Part shown: positions 29,551 to 41,020 of the stretch, one piece after another | How the letters are laid out: each line of letters starts with the position of its first letter | How positions within the stretch are numbered: position 1 is the first letter of the stretch | Origin: Corallochytrium limacisporum Hawaii | Lineage: Eukaryota; Protista; Pluriformea | DNA: 41,139 bases | Assembly: GCA_002811645.1 (NCBI GenBank) | Contig: PDIP01000163.1 | Location: 1-41,139, forward strand | Direction of reading: 5' to 3' | Made by a program: the position numbers and the translations under genes | Notes under the pieces: model-generated | Told to the model about the DNA's origin: nothing | What the model saw: only the letters and a program-made list of their open reading frames with translations | Database searches by the model: none

Positions 29551-30789
29551 ATGACGGTTATGCGACAGCCCGGTGGCGGGGTAAGCGATGACGAAAATAC
29601 GCCATCACCCACTGAAAGACCACCGCAGTTGGTTTCGAAAAGCAGCGTCGACCTCAGTGGAGGTAAGCGGAGGTTGGGCCTGAAGTCCACGATCAAAAAA
29701 TTCTCCTCTAAGTTTTCAGGATCATCAGGTTCTCTCAAGTCTAAAGATTCAACGGATTGGAGAAGATCGGCGTCAAACGTGGAAGAGCCAGCGGAGGCTT
29801 CCCCGGACACAAACCGCAGGAAACTTGCAACTGATCGGTCCACAGGAGAATCAAGCATTACTGAAAGTGTCCAAGACATCAGTGCAACCACCTCACGGAA
29901 GCAGAGTGCGCATAGTACGCTCCGAATCTTCCGGCTAGAAGATGTCGAGCAGGAAGAAGAAGTCGGGCGAGGTTTCTTTGGTGTTGTGTACCGGGGGTTC
30001 GTGAAATCCAATCGTCACCCGGTTGCCATCAAAGTCATCAAGGCGGAAACTGCACAAGAGAAGGCAAACTTCTTGAAGGAGGTGACACTTTTGAAGTCGT
30101 TGAAGCATCCTCATCTTCTCCGCTTCCTCAGCGTATTTGTCAAGTCAGAGAATATGTATCTCATCACGGAATTCTTGGACGGTGGTCATTTGCGCAAGTC
30201 AATCAAACGTACAGAAAAGGAGCTGCCGTGGTCAATGCGTATCAAGTACGGTCGGGACATTGCAGACGGCATGGCATTCCTCCACGCAAACAAAGTGATT
30301 CATCGAGATCTGAAATCCAAAAACTGCCTGCTCACTGCAGACGGACAAAACGCAATTGTGGCCGATTTCGGTCTGGCGACATCGTTGAAATGGAGCGACA
30401 AGAGCATCGTGGGATCACCTTACTGGATGGCACCGGAAATGTTGGCAGGCAAGGACTACAACGAGAAGGTGGATGTCTTTAGCTACGGCATTATTCTCTG
30501 TGAATTAATCTGTCGGGTGAAGCCGGACCCGGATTACTTGCCTCGGCACAACGACTTTAGTGTGCACTTCGAGAATATGCAACCGCTCATCAACGAAGGG
30601 TGCCCAAGCGGCTTCTTGGCTTTATGCAAGGCCACATGCGAAAAGAACCCGTCCGAACGGTTGACTTTCCAGCAGGCTCTGGAAAGAGTCGAATTATTGA
30701 CTCTCACGGACGAAGTCAAGAACCCGCCGTTGAATGGCGAGCAAAATTGCGAGACGAATGGTAGTGCAGATGATGAAAAGGTAGTTTGA
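29551..30789 (+). CDS. TKL-group LISK-family kinase, TESK-like (no LIM/PDZ domains seen)
   Basis: GRGFFG, VAIK, HRDLKSKN, VADFGLA, VGSPYWMAPE, and the LISK-diagnostic LCELI.RV..DPDYLPR. Confidence 0.92.
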   Translation: MTVMRQPGGGVSDDENTPSPTERPPQLVSKSSVDLSGGKRRLGLKSTIKKFSSKFSGSSGSLKSKDSTDWRRSASNVEEPAEASPDTNRRKLATDRSTGESSITESVQDISATTSRKQSAHSTLRIFRLEDVEQEEEVGRGFFGVVYRGFVKSNRHPVAIKVIKAETAQEKANFLKEVTLLKSLKHPHLLRFLSVFVKSENMYLITEFLDGGHLRKSIKRTEKELPWSMRIKYGRDIADGMAFLHANKVIHRDLKSKNCLLTADGQNAIVADFGLATSLKWSDKSIVGSPYWMAPEMLAGKDYNEKVDVFSYGIILCELICRVKPDPDYLPRHNDFSVHFENMQPLINEGCPSGFLALCKATCEKNPSERLTFQQALERVELLTLTDEVKNPPLNGEQNCETNGSADDEKVV

Positions 30790-30820
30790 AAGAAAGTAGA
30801 TAAATTTTATCGTTTAAGGT

Positions 30821-31906
30821 TTACAGGTAAACCATATCCCGTCTCATGTGGGCTAGACCCATTTTCATTCGGAAGATGAGATCCTGTATGAAGAATTGAC
30901 CCCATTGATCGACTATGACGTCAATATCCAGCTTTCGTCTGCCGCATTTCATTCTCATCAACGTCGTGTCGGCAATACTAGGACAGGCCAGCACGCCAGG
31001 CGCCCTCTTCATTATGGTCGACATCACTTTGGTGTCTCTACTGGTGAACTCGGTGAACATCGCAGAATCCATCGGAAACCTTGTCAATTGCTCATCAGTG
31101 AGTCCGATCCAACCGATGGGGCGATTGGCCCGGCAGCCGAGCATGTAGTCCATGACGATCGAAAGACCGTACGGATTGTAGTCCGAAAGCAGGTAGGCGG
31201 GTAAGGCCAATTGTGCTTGCATCCCTGTCAATGTCTGGCCCATTGCCTCGGATGGGCGACCACATCCAGTCATTAAAACCATTGGACAGTAGTGCAAGAT
31301 TGCATGGTCAAGCAATTGTTCGAATACCGCAGCCTTTTCAACGACGAGGATGAACTGGGCCCCAATACTTCGAAACTCTGCTGTGGCCACTTCATGGTCT
31401 ACCGACATGGTCTGGTTGATGAGGCATGCCTCTTTAGTAGCCGACAATGTCTTTAAAGCGATAGATCCTGTCAGGAAACCCTTTGCAGCTGGTATTACGC
31501 CGAACTGAACTCGATTTATGCCGAGGTGACCGGACAGAACCTTCAGATCAATCATGAAGCAATGCATCACATCACGTATACCTTGGTATAGATCAACACA
31601 AGCGTACTTCAATCCCCGAAGCGACATCTTTTCTTGATGCTGTGCCAAGTTGTAAATCTTTGATAGCAAGCGCAACCCTCGAATACAAATACGTTGTTAG
31701 AACTCTATCTGGCATAGATTGCAAGGAACAGTCTACCATTGAGAATACTTACTTCGAGCAATTACTAATGGATCTCTACCTAACAATCTACTAGCTTTCT
31801 TTGCATTGAGCTCATCGTCACCTAGGACCTGTTCAGACCATCTATCAATGAAGCTTTCGATGATGGTCAGAACGTCGCCGGTACCGTCTCCCTCCCGCTT
31901 ATCCAT
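30821..31906 (-). CDS. SPO11: Divergent Spo11/Top6A-family protein, two exons (31906-31753, 31677-30821)
   Basis: SLRGLKY (position of the catalytic Tyr), KGFLTG, FILVVEKAAVF, MTGCGRP, LSDYNPYGLSI, WIGL, RD, KLDID; upstream exon joins in frame through a 75-nt intron. Confidence 0.82.
31678..31752 (-). other. 75-nt spliceosomal intron in SPO11 with a GAG acceptor
   Basis: GTAAGT donor, CTAAC branch point, first downstream AG in TTCGAG; removing it deletes two in-frame stops and gives IARRLRLLSKIY. Confidence 0.75.
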
Positions 31907-32374
31907 GATTGCAAGGTTGTGTACTACTTGTCTATAATGCGAATAAATGCTCCTTCTGATAGTCACAAATCCACCTAATACATAAATGGCTAAGACTTGA
32001 AGTACCTTGTCCATGTGAAGTGGATAGACTCGTATCAACCACTGTCATTCAAGCCATCGGTTCTCGCAGTGAGACCCGCCTTACCCCTACCCTTCCCGAT
32101 AGGAGCGCGGTTGCGCAAATTTCCACATTGCGTCTCCCCCCAACCCGAGGAGGATCGCAGTCAATGACAAAAGTTTACCTCGAAGACAGACCCGTGGTTC
32201 CAAAGGTCTCGCTTAGGTCGGTACTAAGATGACGACGACCATGAGTCGGTAAGGCGTTCGTAGAGTCATTTATTATCTTACGCTGCGGGTTTTACGGCAA
32301 AATAGGGCATGAAAGAAGTCGATGGTTGCCAGTATGTGTTTTAGACTAGGACGCTAGCCCATGATGAAAGATGC

Positions 32375-33988
32375 TTAGAAGTTGATGGGTGCATCGCCTC
32401 CTGGTCCTCCTGCACCACCACCAAAGGCATACTGGTTTCCTTGCGTCTGAGGGTTCAAGTCAGGGTCATCTTCTTCCGCCGAGAAGAAGTGATCGATGAT
32501 CTCGTAAGACTTCTTGTAGATGTCTTCATTTGCGTGGTCTTGAAGGTCCTCAATCTTTTGCAACCCGTTGCAGTCCTCGATCATGAGGGCATAGATGTTC
32601 TTGCCTGTGTTGAACTGCGCCTCCTTCTGTCCAACCTTCAGAATGTTCTCCAGGCCGTCAAGAGCAACCTGAATAACCTTGGCGTCGTTCACCAGGAGCA
32701 GTTCGCACAAGGGAGGAATACAGTTGCAGGCAGCCAGATATTTTATCTGCTCATCAGTTCCGCCAGAGGTCGCGTTGCTGATAGCCCATGCTGCTTCCTT
32801 ACGAGTCTTGTAAGTGTCATTCTGAAGAATTTCGACCAAAGGCTGAATAATATTGTGATCAATAACAGCCTGGACCTGCATCCGGTTACCCGCAGTAATA
32901 TTCGAAATCGCCCAGCATGCCTCCTTCCGCACATTCTCCTTTGGGTTCTTCAGTAGCTCCTTCAAGCAAGGAAGGGCGTTACAGTTGATGATTACTTGAG
33001 TCTGAGTGTCATCACCAGTCACAATGTTACCCACAGTCCGTAATGCAGGCGTGACCACAGTCGTCTGGGGATGCATCAACAGCTCAACCAGACGACGGCA
33101 CACACCAGTCTGAATCACAGCTCCGATCTTGTCGTTGTTTCCGTCGCTCAGGTACGAGATGGCCCAGCACGCGTCGGTGAGGATCTCCACGTCGTCATTC
33201 CACACAAGTCGGCCAAGGATGGGTAGCGCTTCGCTCACCACGCTAAAGTCCGGAGGGGGGTTCTTTCCACGGCATAGATTAGACAGCGTCCATGTGGCGT
33301 TCCGGATCATGGTCACGGCCTGACCCTGTGTGCTGAGCAGGTGCAGCAGAGGTTTTAGAATACCACACTCGAGGACATAGTTCCGGCAGGTTGTGCTGTC
33401 ACCAGCAATGTTTCCAAGAGCCCACACAGCCTGTTCCTTGACTTCAGCCTCAGGTGATGAGAGCAGCTCGACAAAGTCGGGTACGGCTCCAGCCCGAATG
33501 ACACTCTCAGTCTGCAGAGATGTTCCCGATGCGATGTTTGTTAGGGTCCACGCGGCTTCAAACTGCAGCTTTGGGTGACTGGTGGCCCGCAGAAAGGACA
33601 CAAAGGTCGGTACCACACCAGCATCAATGACCTCCTGAATAGGCGGGTTGTGTTCCTTGCTCAACAGCTTCCGGAAGAAAGTGGTGGCCTCCAGTTGCAC
33701 GTTCACGTCTGGGCCGCCAAGTCTTTGAATGTGGTACTGCATCTGCTGCTGAAGATCACTGCCCGAATCAACGAAAACTTCAGCGGGCTTCATTTCATCC
33801 TCACCCGGAACTCCCGAAGTAATGTCACCCCCAGCAATCCTGCGCCTCTGACTCAGCGCTTCCTCACGCTTACCTTTGCGGAGTTCCACTTGGAACTCCT
33901 GGCGACGGCGACGCTGGGCATCATGGTCCAGCTGTGCCTTACCCTTGTAGTCCTTTCGCCCCCCAGGGCGACGTTCGTCATCAGCCAT
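32375..33988 (-). CDS. KPNA: Importin subunit alpha (KPNA/SRP1)
   Basis: IBB domain (RRRRQE..VELRK.KREE.L..RR), ARM repeats ([40 protein letters not shown]), C-terminal NF; first ATG at 33988. Confidence 0.97.
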   Translation of the reverse strand: MADDERRPGGRKDYKGKAQLDHDAQRRRRQEFQVELRKGKREEALSQRRRIAGGDITSGVPGEDEMKPAEVFVDSGSDLQQQMQYHIQRLGGPDVNVQLEATTFFRKLLSKEHNPPIQEVIDAGVVPTFVSFLRATSHPKLQFEAAWTLTNIASGTSLQTESVIRAGAVPDFVELLSSPEAEVKEQAVWALGNIAGDSTTCRNYVLECGILKPLLHLLSTQGQAVTMIRNATWTLSNLCRGKNPPPDFSVVSEALPILGRLVWNDDVEILTDACWAISYLSDGNNDKIGAVIQTGVCRRLVELLMHPQTTVVTPALRTVGNIVTGDDTQTQVIINCNALPCLKELLKNPKENVRKEACWAISNITAGNRMQVQAVIDHNIIQPLVEILQNDTYKTRKEAAWAISNATSGGTDEQIKYLAACNCIPPLCELLLVNDAKVIQVALDGLENILKVGQKEAQFNTGKNIYALMIEDCNGLQKIEDLQDHANEDIYKKSYEIIDHFFSAEEDDPDLNPQTQGNQYAFGGGAGGPGGDAPINF

Positions 33989-34735
33989 GTTGTTTTTACT
34001 CACTAAATTTATGATACAATAAGGTGAAAATGACCCGATGAAACTCTAGATCAACAATACAGCTGCGAGAGTATATACTCGCATGGATTTCCGCTGTTTC
34101 CGAACTAGAAAATAGTCGCTTTCGGAGTGAGGTTTTGGTACCTAGAAAAAGTTTTATTCAGAACTACATTTGCAGCTTTCCCATATATACCCGGAATTGG
34201 TAGGATTGGAACGCTGACCGAGGACTACAACGCATAGGTGCGTGTTGGCTAACAGCGTGGAGGCCCAAATTTCCTCCTACTTTCGGCACATCCCCCACAT
34301 GCCTCCACCAAGACAAAAAAGGGGGGGGCCTTGCCTCCCCTCCCCTCTCCCCTCGCGAACAGTCAGGGACAGAACCGGTTCCTTTTCCCTGAACCTGGAG
34401 CCATTGGTGCGGTGTCGCTCGCCATTGGCTCTTCAGACGAAAGGTGCATTTTTCCTTTTTTTTTTCTTTTTGGGCCTGGGCCGAGCGGAGAGAGTAAACG
34501 TTTGTTCCGGCCAGCAGGCAAGCTGTCAGTCATTCGCTCAGTGTTATGGCTTCCCTTCTCCGACCAAGGCAAAACGATAAAGCCAGCGCCGCGGAGGGAG
34601 GGGTGTGTGTGTGTGTACCGCAAGGGAAGGGCGCGTTCGCGCAATACAGAAACACTCGAAAAGGAATAAAGAAAGAAGAAACAGAGTCCCCCCCACCCCC
34701 CCGCCAAAGTTTCTCTCGGTTTTTCTCTCCACTAT

Positions 34736-34960
34736 NNNNNNNNNNNNNNNNNNNNNNNNNNNNNNNNNNNNNNNNNNNNNNNNNNNNNNNNNNNNNNNNN
34801 NNNNNNNNNNNNNNNNNNNNNNNNNNNNNNNNNNNNNNNNNNNNNNNNNNNNNNNNNNNNNNNNNNNNNNNNNNNNNNNNNNNNNNNNNNNNNNNNNNNN
34901 NNNNNNNNNNNNNNNNNNNNNNNNNNNNNNNNNNNNNNNNNNNNNNNNNNNNNNNNNNNN
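34736..34960. other. Assembly gap (N run)
   Basis: Ns. Confidence 1.
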
Positions 34961-36105
34961 TGGCATAGGCTCAACAGCGAATCACGAATCGGTGACGCAC
35001 CAAACACCACCCACCCAGCCAGCAGTCCCTTTCACACCGCCATGGCCACCGTTGGTCGATTGTAACTTCCCCTGTTGAAAGGCATCAGTGCTGGCAGTAC
35101 GAAAACGCCCAATGAATATTGCGTGTTTTTATTTTAACTTTTTCTCTTTTGGTTACGCCGGGTTCCGTGTGCGATGCGCGTATGGCCAGTGTCCCCCCCC
35201 CTCCCCTCGCCGGGCGGGGAAGGGAAGGAAGGAATGGGGGGTGGGTGGGGAGGTGTCGTGCGCCCCAGGGAGGTTTCCAGTGCGGTATATTCACTATTGA
35301 TCCGGGCCGGTAATAAACGGAATCAGTACGGTCGGGTTTGGTGGGAAGCGGGACCCTCCCCTGCCGCCAACCCGCCGCTGGGCCAGGGATGCGAGCGATG
35401 TGAAAGGCGGGGCATACCCAAAAGATTTCAATTAAAGCGAAAAAATAAAGTGGAAACACAGGAAAAGAGAGAGAGATAGATAGTCAAGGTATGCATGTGA
35501 AAATATTTTCGTAGCCACCCCCCCTTGTCTCTCTCCCACCCCGGAGCCCCCGGGGGGGGTTAAGGCTTTGAAGTGTGGATCAGTGTGCATCACCCCGGAG
35601 CAAGGACCATCCAGACCTGGGCACAGAGAAAGCACATGACTCAGGGAATGGCCGGGAACAAAACAGGTGAGAATATCCAAGTGCAAAAAGCTATTTGAAA
35701 ACCCGGCACGGCACCTTCACCATGGCGCTAGTGCCGACGCCCGCCCGGCCCCCTTAGGCGATAAAAAACCGGTTCTTTTTAGGTGCAAATCCAAAATACG
35801 GAATCGCAAAAGTCAATATACATTTATTATGGACATGGACGAGGATCCTGTGCTCGCAACACACAGGCAAATGCGGAGGGGGGTTTGGGCAGCCCAGCGT
35901 AAGCTGGGCCTTTTTTGAGCCGATCACAGAAACTGATTTTCGCGCCATATAGGTGTGGGGGGGGGGTTGGCTGGCGCAGAGAGATATCGATCTCCCAACT
36001 ATTATTGATAGCAATGGACGAGGGCAGCAGGTATCCTCACCACCTTCGTGAACTTGTATCGTGTCGGGTAGCTCAACTCTCTGTTGAATGAAACGGGGCC
36101 TTCCT

Positions 36106-37545
36106 TCACGGATTAAAGCTTTGAGAAAGGAACTCAAATTCCTCCTCTGTACAGCTGCAGTCCTCGATGATACCCTTACGGACCTGTCGTGTATCCTCGT
36201 TGAAGCAAGCGGAATAGATGTCCTGGTTCCGGCGAGCGACGGCATCGAGGAGTGCGAGGCTTAGCACCGTCCAAGATTTGCGAGAAAGAGATGCGGCAGG
36301 GCTCGTATAGTCGAACGTGTCGATTAGGCTGCTAACGTTGGGCCAGCACAAGTGCATGGGGACATCAAGTTTGTGAAGAATGAACTCGAGTCGCTGTTGT
36401 ACACTGCGGGCGACAACATCTCGCCTCTGTTGAAACAGCCCTTCGAGCTGGGGAATCTCACCATCTCCGTCATCATCTTCGATGTCTGGTTTCAAATATT
36501 TAGGGACGGAGAATGGCTTCGGTTTATCCATTCCATTCGCGTAGCGACGCGCCCCGTCAGTCATCCATGCAATCAATGCGGCATCCGCTTCTTGGTATGT
36601 CGTAAAGCTCGCTTTCATCTGCGAGAGCATGCGATTGAGATCCATTTCGTCATCTTCACTATCTGCGTAGTGTTCATCTGCTACACCACCAACATTCGCT
36701 TGGGGTGTGTCTAGCTCCTCATTGGCATTCTCTACTGGTCCCAGACCTGAATCAGTCCCAACGGAGCTTGCTGCTGCTGTGTTGTAGGCCGAATCATCAG
36801 CGTCATAACGCAGATGCGAGGCGACAGCCATCTGCTGAGCATAGTTTTCAATGGCATAGGCACCCTCTGCTTGAGATGGATCCGGTGGCTGAAAGGCATC
36901 CAATTCAGGTAGATCTCTCTCGACAACCGGTGCTCCACCACTAATCTCTACTCTGAGCTCGCCTTCGTCCGCAGTCGGCCCAGGCGGTAGCTCTGATCCT
37001 CCTGTCTTTAGTTCAGCAATTGTTCCCTTGGGATCGCTCAAGTCAAACCCGCGTGTCCAAATCGGGTCTGTATCGAGGCGTTCTTTAAATTTCATAGTAT
37101 TTTCATAATGTTCTTTGCTGCAGAATTGTTTCAGATAGTCTGGTACCTTCTTAGGGCGTACCTCTAGTGCTGCTTTCGTTTGAGAACCGCTATGTGCGAC
37201 TGAGTTGGTGCATGTCGGCCAAGAGCACACCTTTTCCAAGGAACGCTCCTCGATAATGTCATTCAATGTCGACGGTGTCATATAGAATGCCGCATTATTG
37301 AGCTCAGAGTCATCAACAGGATCAATGAGCCACCGAACAATCGCGAGCTCAAACAATTCGGCGTGTTTCTTTAACTTTGCCTGATTTAATGTAAATGCAG
37401 CAGATTCAGCATTCCACTGAGCAGCCCGTTCGGGATCTATGGCAGGCTCATTCTCTGTGAGTCCGCGGTCGTTTCCTTTGACTTTCTCAATGTTATCCTC
37501 GTCGAAGCGAACCCGACTGCCTGACTTTCCCAATGCCTGTGACAT
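36106..37545 (-). CDS. RPAP2: RNA polymerase II CTD phosphatase RPAP2/Rtr1
   Basis: DIIEERSLEKVCSWPTC...FCSKEHY zinc motif, PIWTR, and RPAP2-like C-terminus LIDTF...WTVLSLALL. Confidence 0.88.
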   Translation of the reverse strand: MSQALGKSGSRVRFDEDNIEKVKGNDRGLTENEPAIDPERAAQWNAESAAFTLNQAKLKKHAELFELAIVRWLIDPVDDSELNNAAFYMTPSTLNDIIEERSLEKVCSWPTCTNSVAHSGSQTKAALEVRPKKVPDYLKQFCSKEHYENTMKFKERLDTDPIWTRGFDLSDPKGTIAELKTGGSELPPGPTADEGELRVEISGGAPVVERDLPELDAFQPPDPSQAEGAYAIENYAQQMAVASHLRYDADDSAYNTAAASSVGTDSGLGPVENANEELDTPQANVGGVADEHYADSEDDEMDLNRMLSQMKASFTTYQEADAALIAWMTDGARRYANGMDKPKPFSVPKYLKPDIEDDDGDGEIPQLEGLFQQRRDVVARSVQQRLEFILHKLDVPMHLCWPNVSSLIDTFDYTSPAASLSRKSWTVLSLALLDAVARRNQDIYSACFNEDTRQVRKGIIEDCSCTEEEFEFLSQSFNP

Positions 37546-38540
37546 TGTGGCACCAGCGTTCTTTATCTCACCATCCCGTGTTCACGATCAGTACAGACCC
37601 GCCGCAAGATCAATACGCTTTTCTTCTACAATTAGTCCATGGCTTTTCGGTGCGTTTTCCAGTTCAGATTTTCCGAAGCCAAGTACCCTGCCACTCACCC
37701 CTATTGCGATGTCCACCCGGCTCAGCCAGCGGAGCCCGTGTGCGCAGAGGGGGATGGCCCGCAGGCCCGAGGGGGAGCGAGTGGGTCTGGCGCAGCTACC
37801 GTTCGGGGCCCATTTTTTCCGCTGCCCACCGTGCCCGAATTATTCCTACGATCCGTGACCGGCCACGAACAAATTTTCGTTTGTTCTTTTCGTTCTCTCG
37901 GTCTCGGGCCTTTCTTTGTACTTTTTTCAGGCCCCCAAGTTCTCCATTTGCATGTGAGTGATCGTCAACCGTGGACGTGACTGGAAAGTGCGAGCAGAGA
38001 TCCAATTTTTTTCTAACTCCCCTTTTTTCTTTTTCCTTTTCCTTTTTGGCTCCGGTGCCGTAACATTGCGGAGACTCATACAAATTTCGTATCAATTTTT
38101 TCTTGTCTTGTGCGAAAGTAAAGTAAATGGCTTGCAAAGCCATCGGCGTGTCTCTGCTGATTTGCAATCGGCTGCACTGCACTGTATTGCATTCTCGTTC
38201 GCATGTCGTGTGCTTGGGCAACGATGCACTCCACTCATGTAGTTGTAGCACTCAGGAGAATCTTTGCGTGGGACGGCTCGTCATGGGGAGAGATATTTGT
38301 GCTTTTGATGCCCCGTGAAAGTCAGCATTTCGGAACAATTGAAGCCTGTACGATATGCAAGGCCTGCCGTTTTTGACATGGTGCAATACTGCTGCGTGAA
38401 GCTATTACGGTGTGGCTGGGTAAATTCTAAGTTCGATTTCCCTGATCAGCCTTGGTACGCAAACGGGTAACGTCACGCAGGGTACAGTGAGCAGCACATG
38501 ATATTGCAAGCATGGGGCACGCAAACGAAATTTGTCCATA

Positions 38541-39623
38541 ATGAGCAGTAATCCTGCCGGTTCACAGCCCCGAAAGAGTGTGGCTGATGCAAAGAAAGGT
38601 GCCACGTTCAAGAATGTATTAGAGAGCCCCTTGGACGCACGTGCAGATCCGGTGGTCGATCAGGACGCACGGGAAGTCCTAGCGGTTCTGCGAAATGTCT
38701 TCGCGCCAGTCCTTACACTTAAGGTCAATGCAAGAAAGCGGGCAAAGAGAAAGCCACAATCCACACAGCAACAGCCGAACACTCTCAATTCCTTAAGTCT
38801 TGATGAATTGGAAACTAAGGAGGAGAAGGCAGGTGCTGTTTTGCTGCGTCACGTAGCAGTCGGAGTCAATGAAGTGACACGCAAGATTGAGAACGCAATC
38901 CATGACCATGACCTTGGAGAAATCCTCCTTTTTGTGGAGGCAAACACCGAACCACGTACTCTCACTTCGCACCTGGTGAGCATGACCATGTTGATGACCA
39001 AAATCAGAATCTGTGTGCTGGAAGGGTTTTCGATGACCATGGCACCCGTCTTCGGTGCAAGACGAATCGCAGCCCTCGCAGTCCTTGGCACTGCGCGGGA
39101 ATCGAAGGTCTTTGCTGAAGCTGACCTGGATGCCCTGGCGCGGTACTGTACGAGGCCGACATCGACGTGGATTCGTCCCCTGCGCTTCGGGCCCAAACAA
39201 ATTCCCTCCATGCCACAGAGGTTGTCAGTCCCAACAAACTTGCCTTCCCATTATCCAGATATGCCTGGTCAACGTCTGTCACCGTCCGAGCAACAAGATC
39301 TATCTGTTCGACGTGGCAGCTTTGAGCAGTACTATGTCCCGGAGGAGTACATGCCTGCAGCACCTGTGATGTACCGCAAAGTAGAAAGCACCAAAGGAGG
39401 ATCAACTGGCCGTGCCACAAATCGTGATGTCCCCTTAGTGGGCCTGACAGGAAGTCAGGCATCCACTCAACAGCCACAGCATGCAGGCTCTCATCAGCAG
39501 CAGCAACAGGAGCAGCAACAATACTACCATCCATACCAGGACGCCCAAGCAAGCCAGAAGCTTCCATCAGATCAGCCACCTCCCGATGACCAGAAGCGAT
39601 TTAGAGGTCGAGGCGGCCTATGA
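38541..39623 (+). CDS. RPP38: RNase P/MRP subunit p38/Pop3-like (L7Ae fold) with Q-rich tail
   Basis: FKNVLESP and VAVGVNEVTRKIE, P..LTSHL, FGARRIAALA; first ATG at 38541. Confidence 0.75.
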   Translation: MSSNPAGSQPRKSVADAKKGATFKNVLESPLDARADPVVDQDAREVLAVLRNVFAPVLTLKVNARKRAKRKPQSTQQQPNTLNSLSLDELETKEEKAGAVLLRHVAVGVNEVTRKIENAIHDHDLGEILLFVEANTEPRTLTSHLVSMTMLMTKIRICVLEGFSMTMAPVFGARRIAALAVLGTARESKVFAEADLDALARYCTRPTSTWIRPLRFGPKQIPSMPQRLSVPTNLPSHYPDMPGQRLSPSEQQDLSVRRGSFEQYYVPEEYMPAAPVMYRKVESTKGGSTGRATNRDVPLVGLTGSQASTQQPQHAGSHQQQQQEQQQYYHPYQDAQASQKLPSDQPPPDDQKRFRGRGGL

Positions 39624-39827
39624 TATCCAAAATTATCGTATTCCCAACATAGTATCGATTCCATCACATAACATGATATATACAAGCCAAATATACGAGA
39701 TGATTGCTTTATAAATTCAGAAAAATGTGACACAGGGTGTGAAGTATTATGTTTGTTTGTTATGGATGGGACACTATGAAGTGCAGTGCTCTGAAAGTTC
39801 ATGCCAAAGTTCATGTTCCCATCATTC

Positions 39828-40715
39828 TCAGTTTCCGTCAGACTTGAGCTTTAAGAAGATGTTGCGCATCCGTGAGGTATCCTTAGTCACCTTGCTGGTC
39901 TTCGGGTTGAAATCAACCATGCGGACGATCTTTTCCCATTCCTTGCCGGGCACCTGAGCATCCCTATCGTCGACGAAAGCCTGTTCTGACTTGCGGTTGT
40001 TCTCGCGGTTCTTCTCAATCTGCTGCTGATACTTCTTGTAGAAGTCCTCCAGAGCCTGCATGGCCTCACTCTTGAGCTCTTGGACCTTGATCTCCTCGTC
40101 GGCGTCCCGCTCGGCAATTTCATGTTCGCGTTGCTCGCGCACCTTCCGCAGGCTCTCAGGCTCCTCAATCATCTGGTTCACGGCCCCATAGTCAGCACCA
40201 CCGTTCTGCATGGGCGGTGCGGCAGAGCTGAAGTCAGCAGCACCATAGTCAGCAGCACCATTAGTGGTGTCACCGCCGAAGTCAGCGCTAGCATCTCCTC
40301 CGAAGTCAGCGCTTGCATCTCCTCCGAAGTCAGCGCTGGCTTCCCCTCCGAAATCGTCGAAACCGCCATTTGTGGCAGCTGCAGGCTGTGCCTCGCCACC
40401 TGCGTTGCCAGAGTCGAACTCACCAAATCCATCGTCCTGAGTTGCGCCAGCAGCGAAAGGATCGCTTGCTCCCTGAGCACCAGCGCTTGTGTCACCACCT
40501 TCGAAGGCGGCGAAGTCGTCGTCAGCAGCACCAGCATCTCCGGAAGGGGGAGCATCTCCAAAACCACCAAAGTCATCGCCTCCCTGCAAAGCAGCCATCT
40601 GCTCACGTTCCCGGGCAATGAAGTCGGCGGTGGGATCCTCTCCAGCGTCGTCACCGGCACCATCCGCACCGATGACCTCAAAGTTTGATTCTCCGAAGTC
40701 GTCTTGAGTTGCCAT
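39828..40715 (-). CDS. CLC: Clathrin light chain
   Basis: DPTADFIARE, EEPESLRK.RE, LEDFY, NRENNR, EWEKI..VDF...KDTSRMR.IFLKLK. Confidence 0.94.
   Translation of the reverse strand: MATQDDFGESNFEVIGADGAGDDAGEDPTADFIAREREQMAALQGGDDFGGFGDAPPSGDAGAADDDFAAFEGGDTSAGAQGASDPFAAGATQDDGFGEFDSGNAGGEAQPAAATNGGFDDFGGEASADFGGDASADFGGDASADFGGDTTNGAADYGAADFSSAAPPMQNGGADYGAVNQMIEEPESLRKVREQREHEIAERDADEEIKVQELKSEAMQALEDFYKKYQQQIEKNRENNRKSEQAFVDDRDAQVPGKEWEKIVRMVDFNPKTSKVTKDTSRMRNIFLKLKSDGN
40271..40355 (-). repeat. 24-nt (8-aa) tandem repeat within the clathrin light chain
   Basis: DFGGEASA-DFGGDASA-DFGGDASA-DFGGD. Confidence 0.85.
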
Positions 40716-41020
40716 TGTGATAACGGGTTAATTTGCAAAAAATTCCATTGAAACTACCCGGTGAAAGGACATGAAAAGTTTAGAATTCACCATGATTTAT
40801 TTCTCAGAATATTGGCCTCGAATACCTTTTCGGTTATCTAGATTATGGGCATATGTGTGTTCAAAGCGGTTCTCGATAAGCGGTTCTGGGTCTGCCAGGG
40901 GCCATTATTATCTCAAGCCTTTCCGCCTTGGGCCGTCCCACTCTCCCCGTTCCCGGGCCCTACTCGTCCCCCGTTACCAACGCCCCCTACTCCCCTCCAA
41001 ACGAAAACAAAAAACACAGT

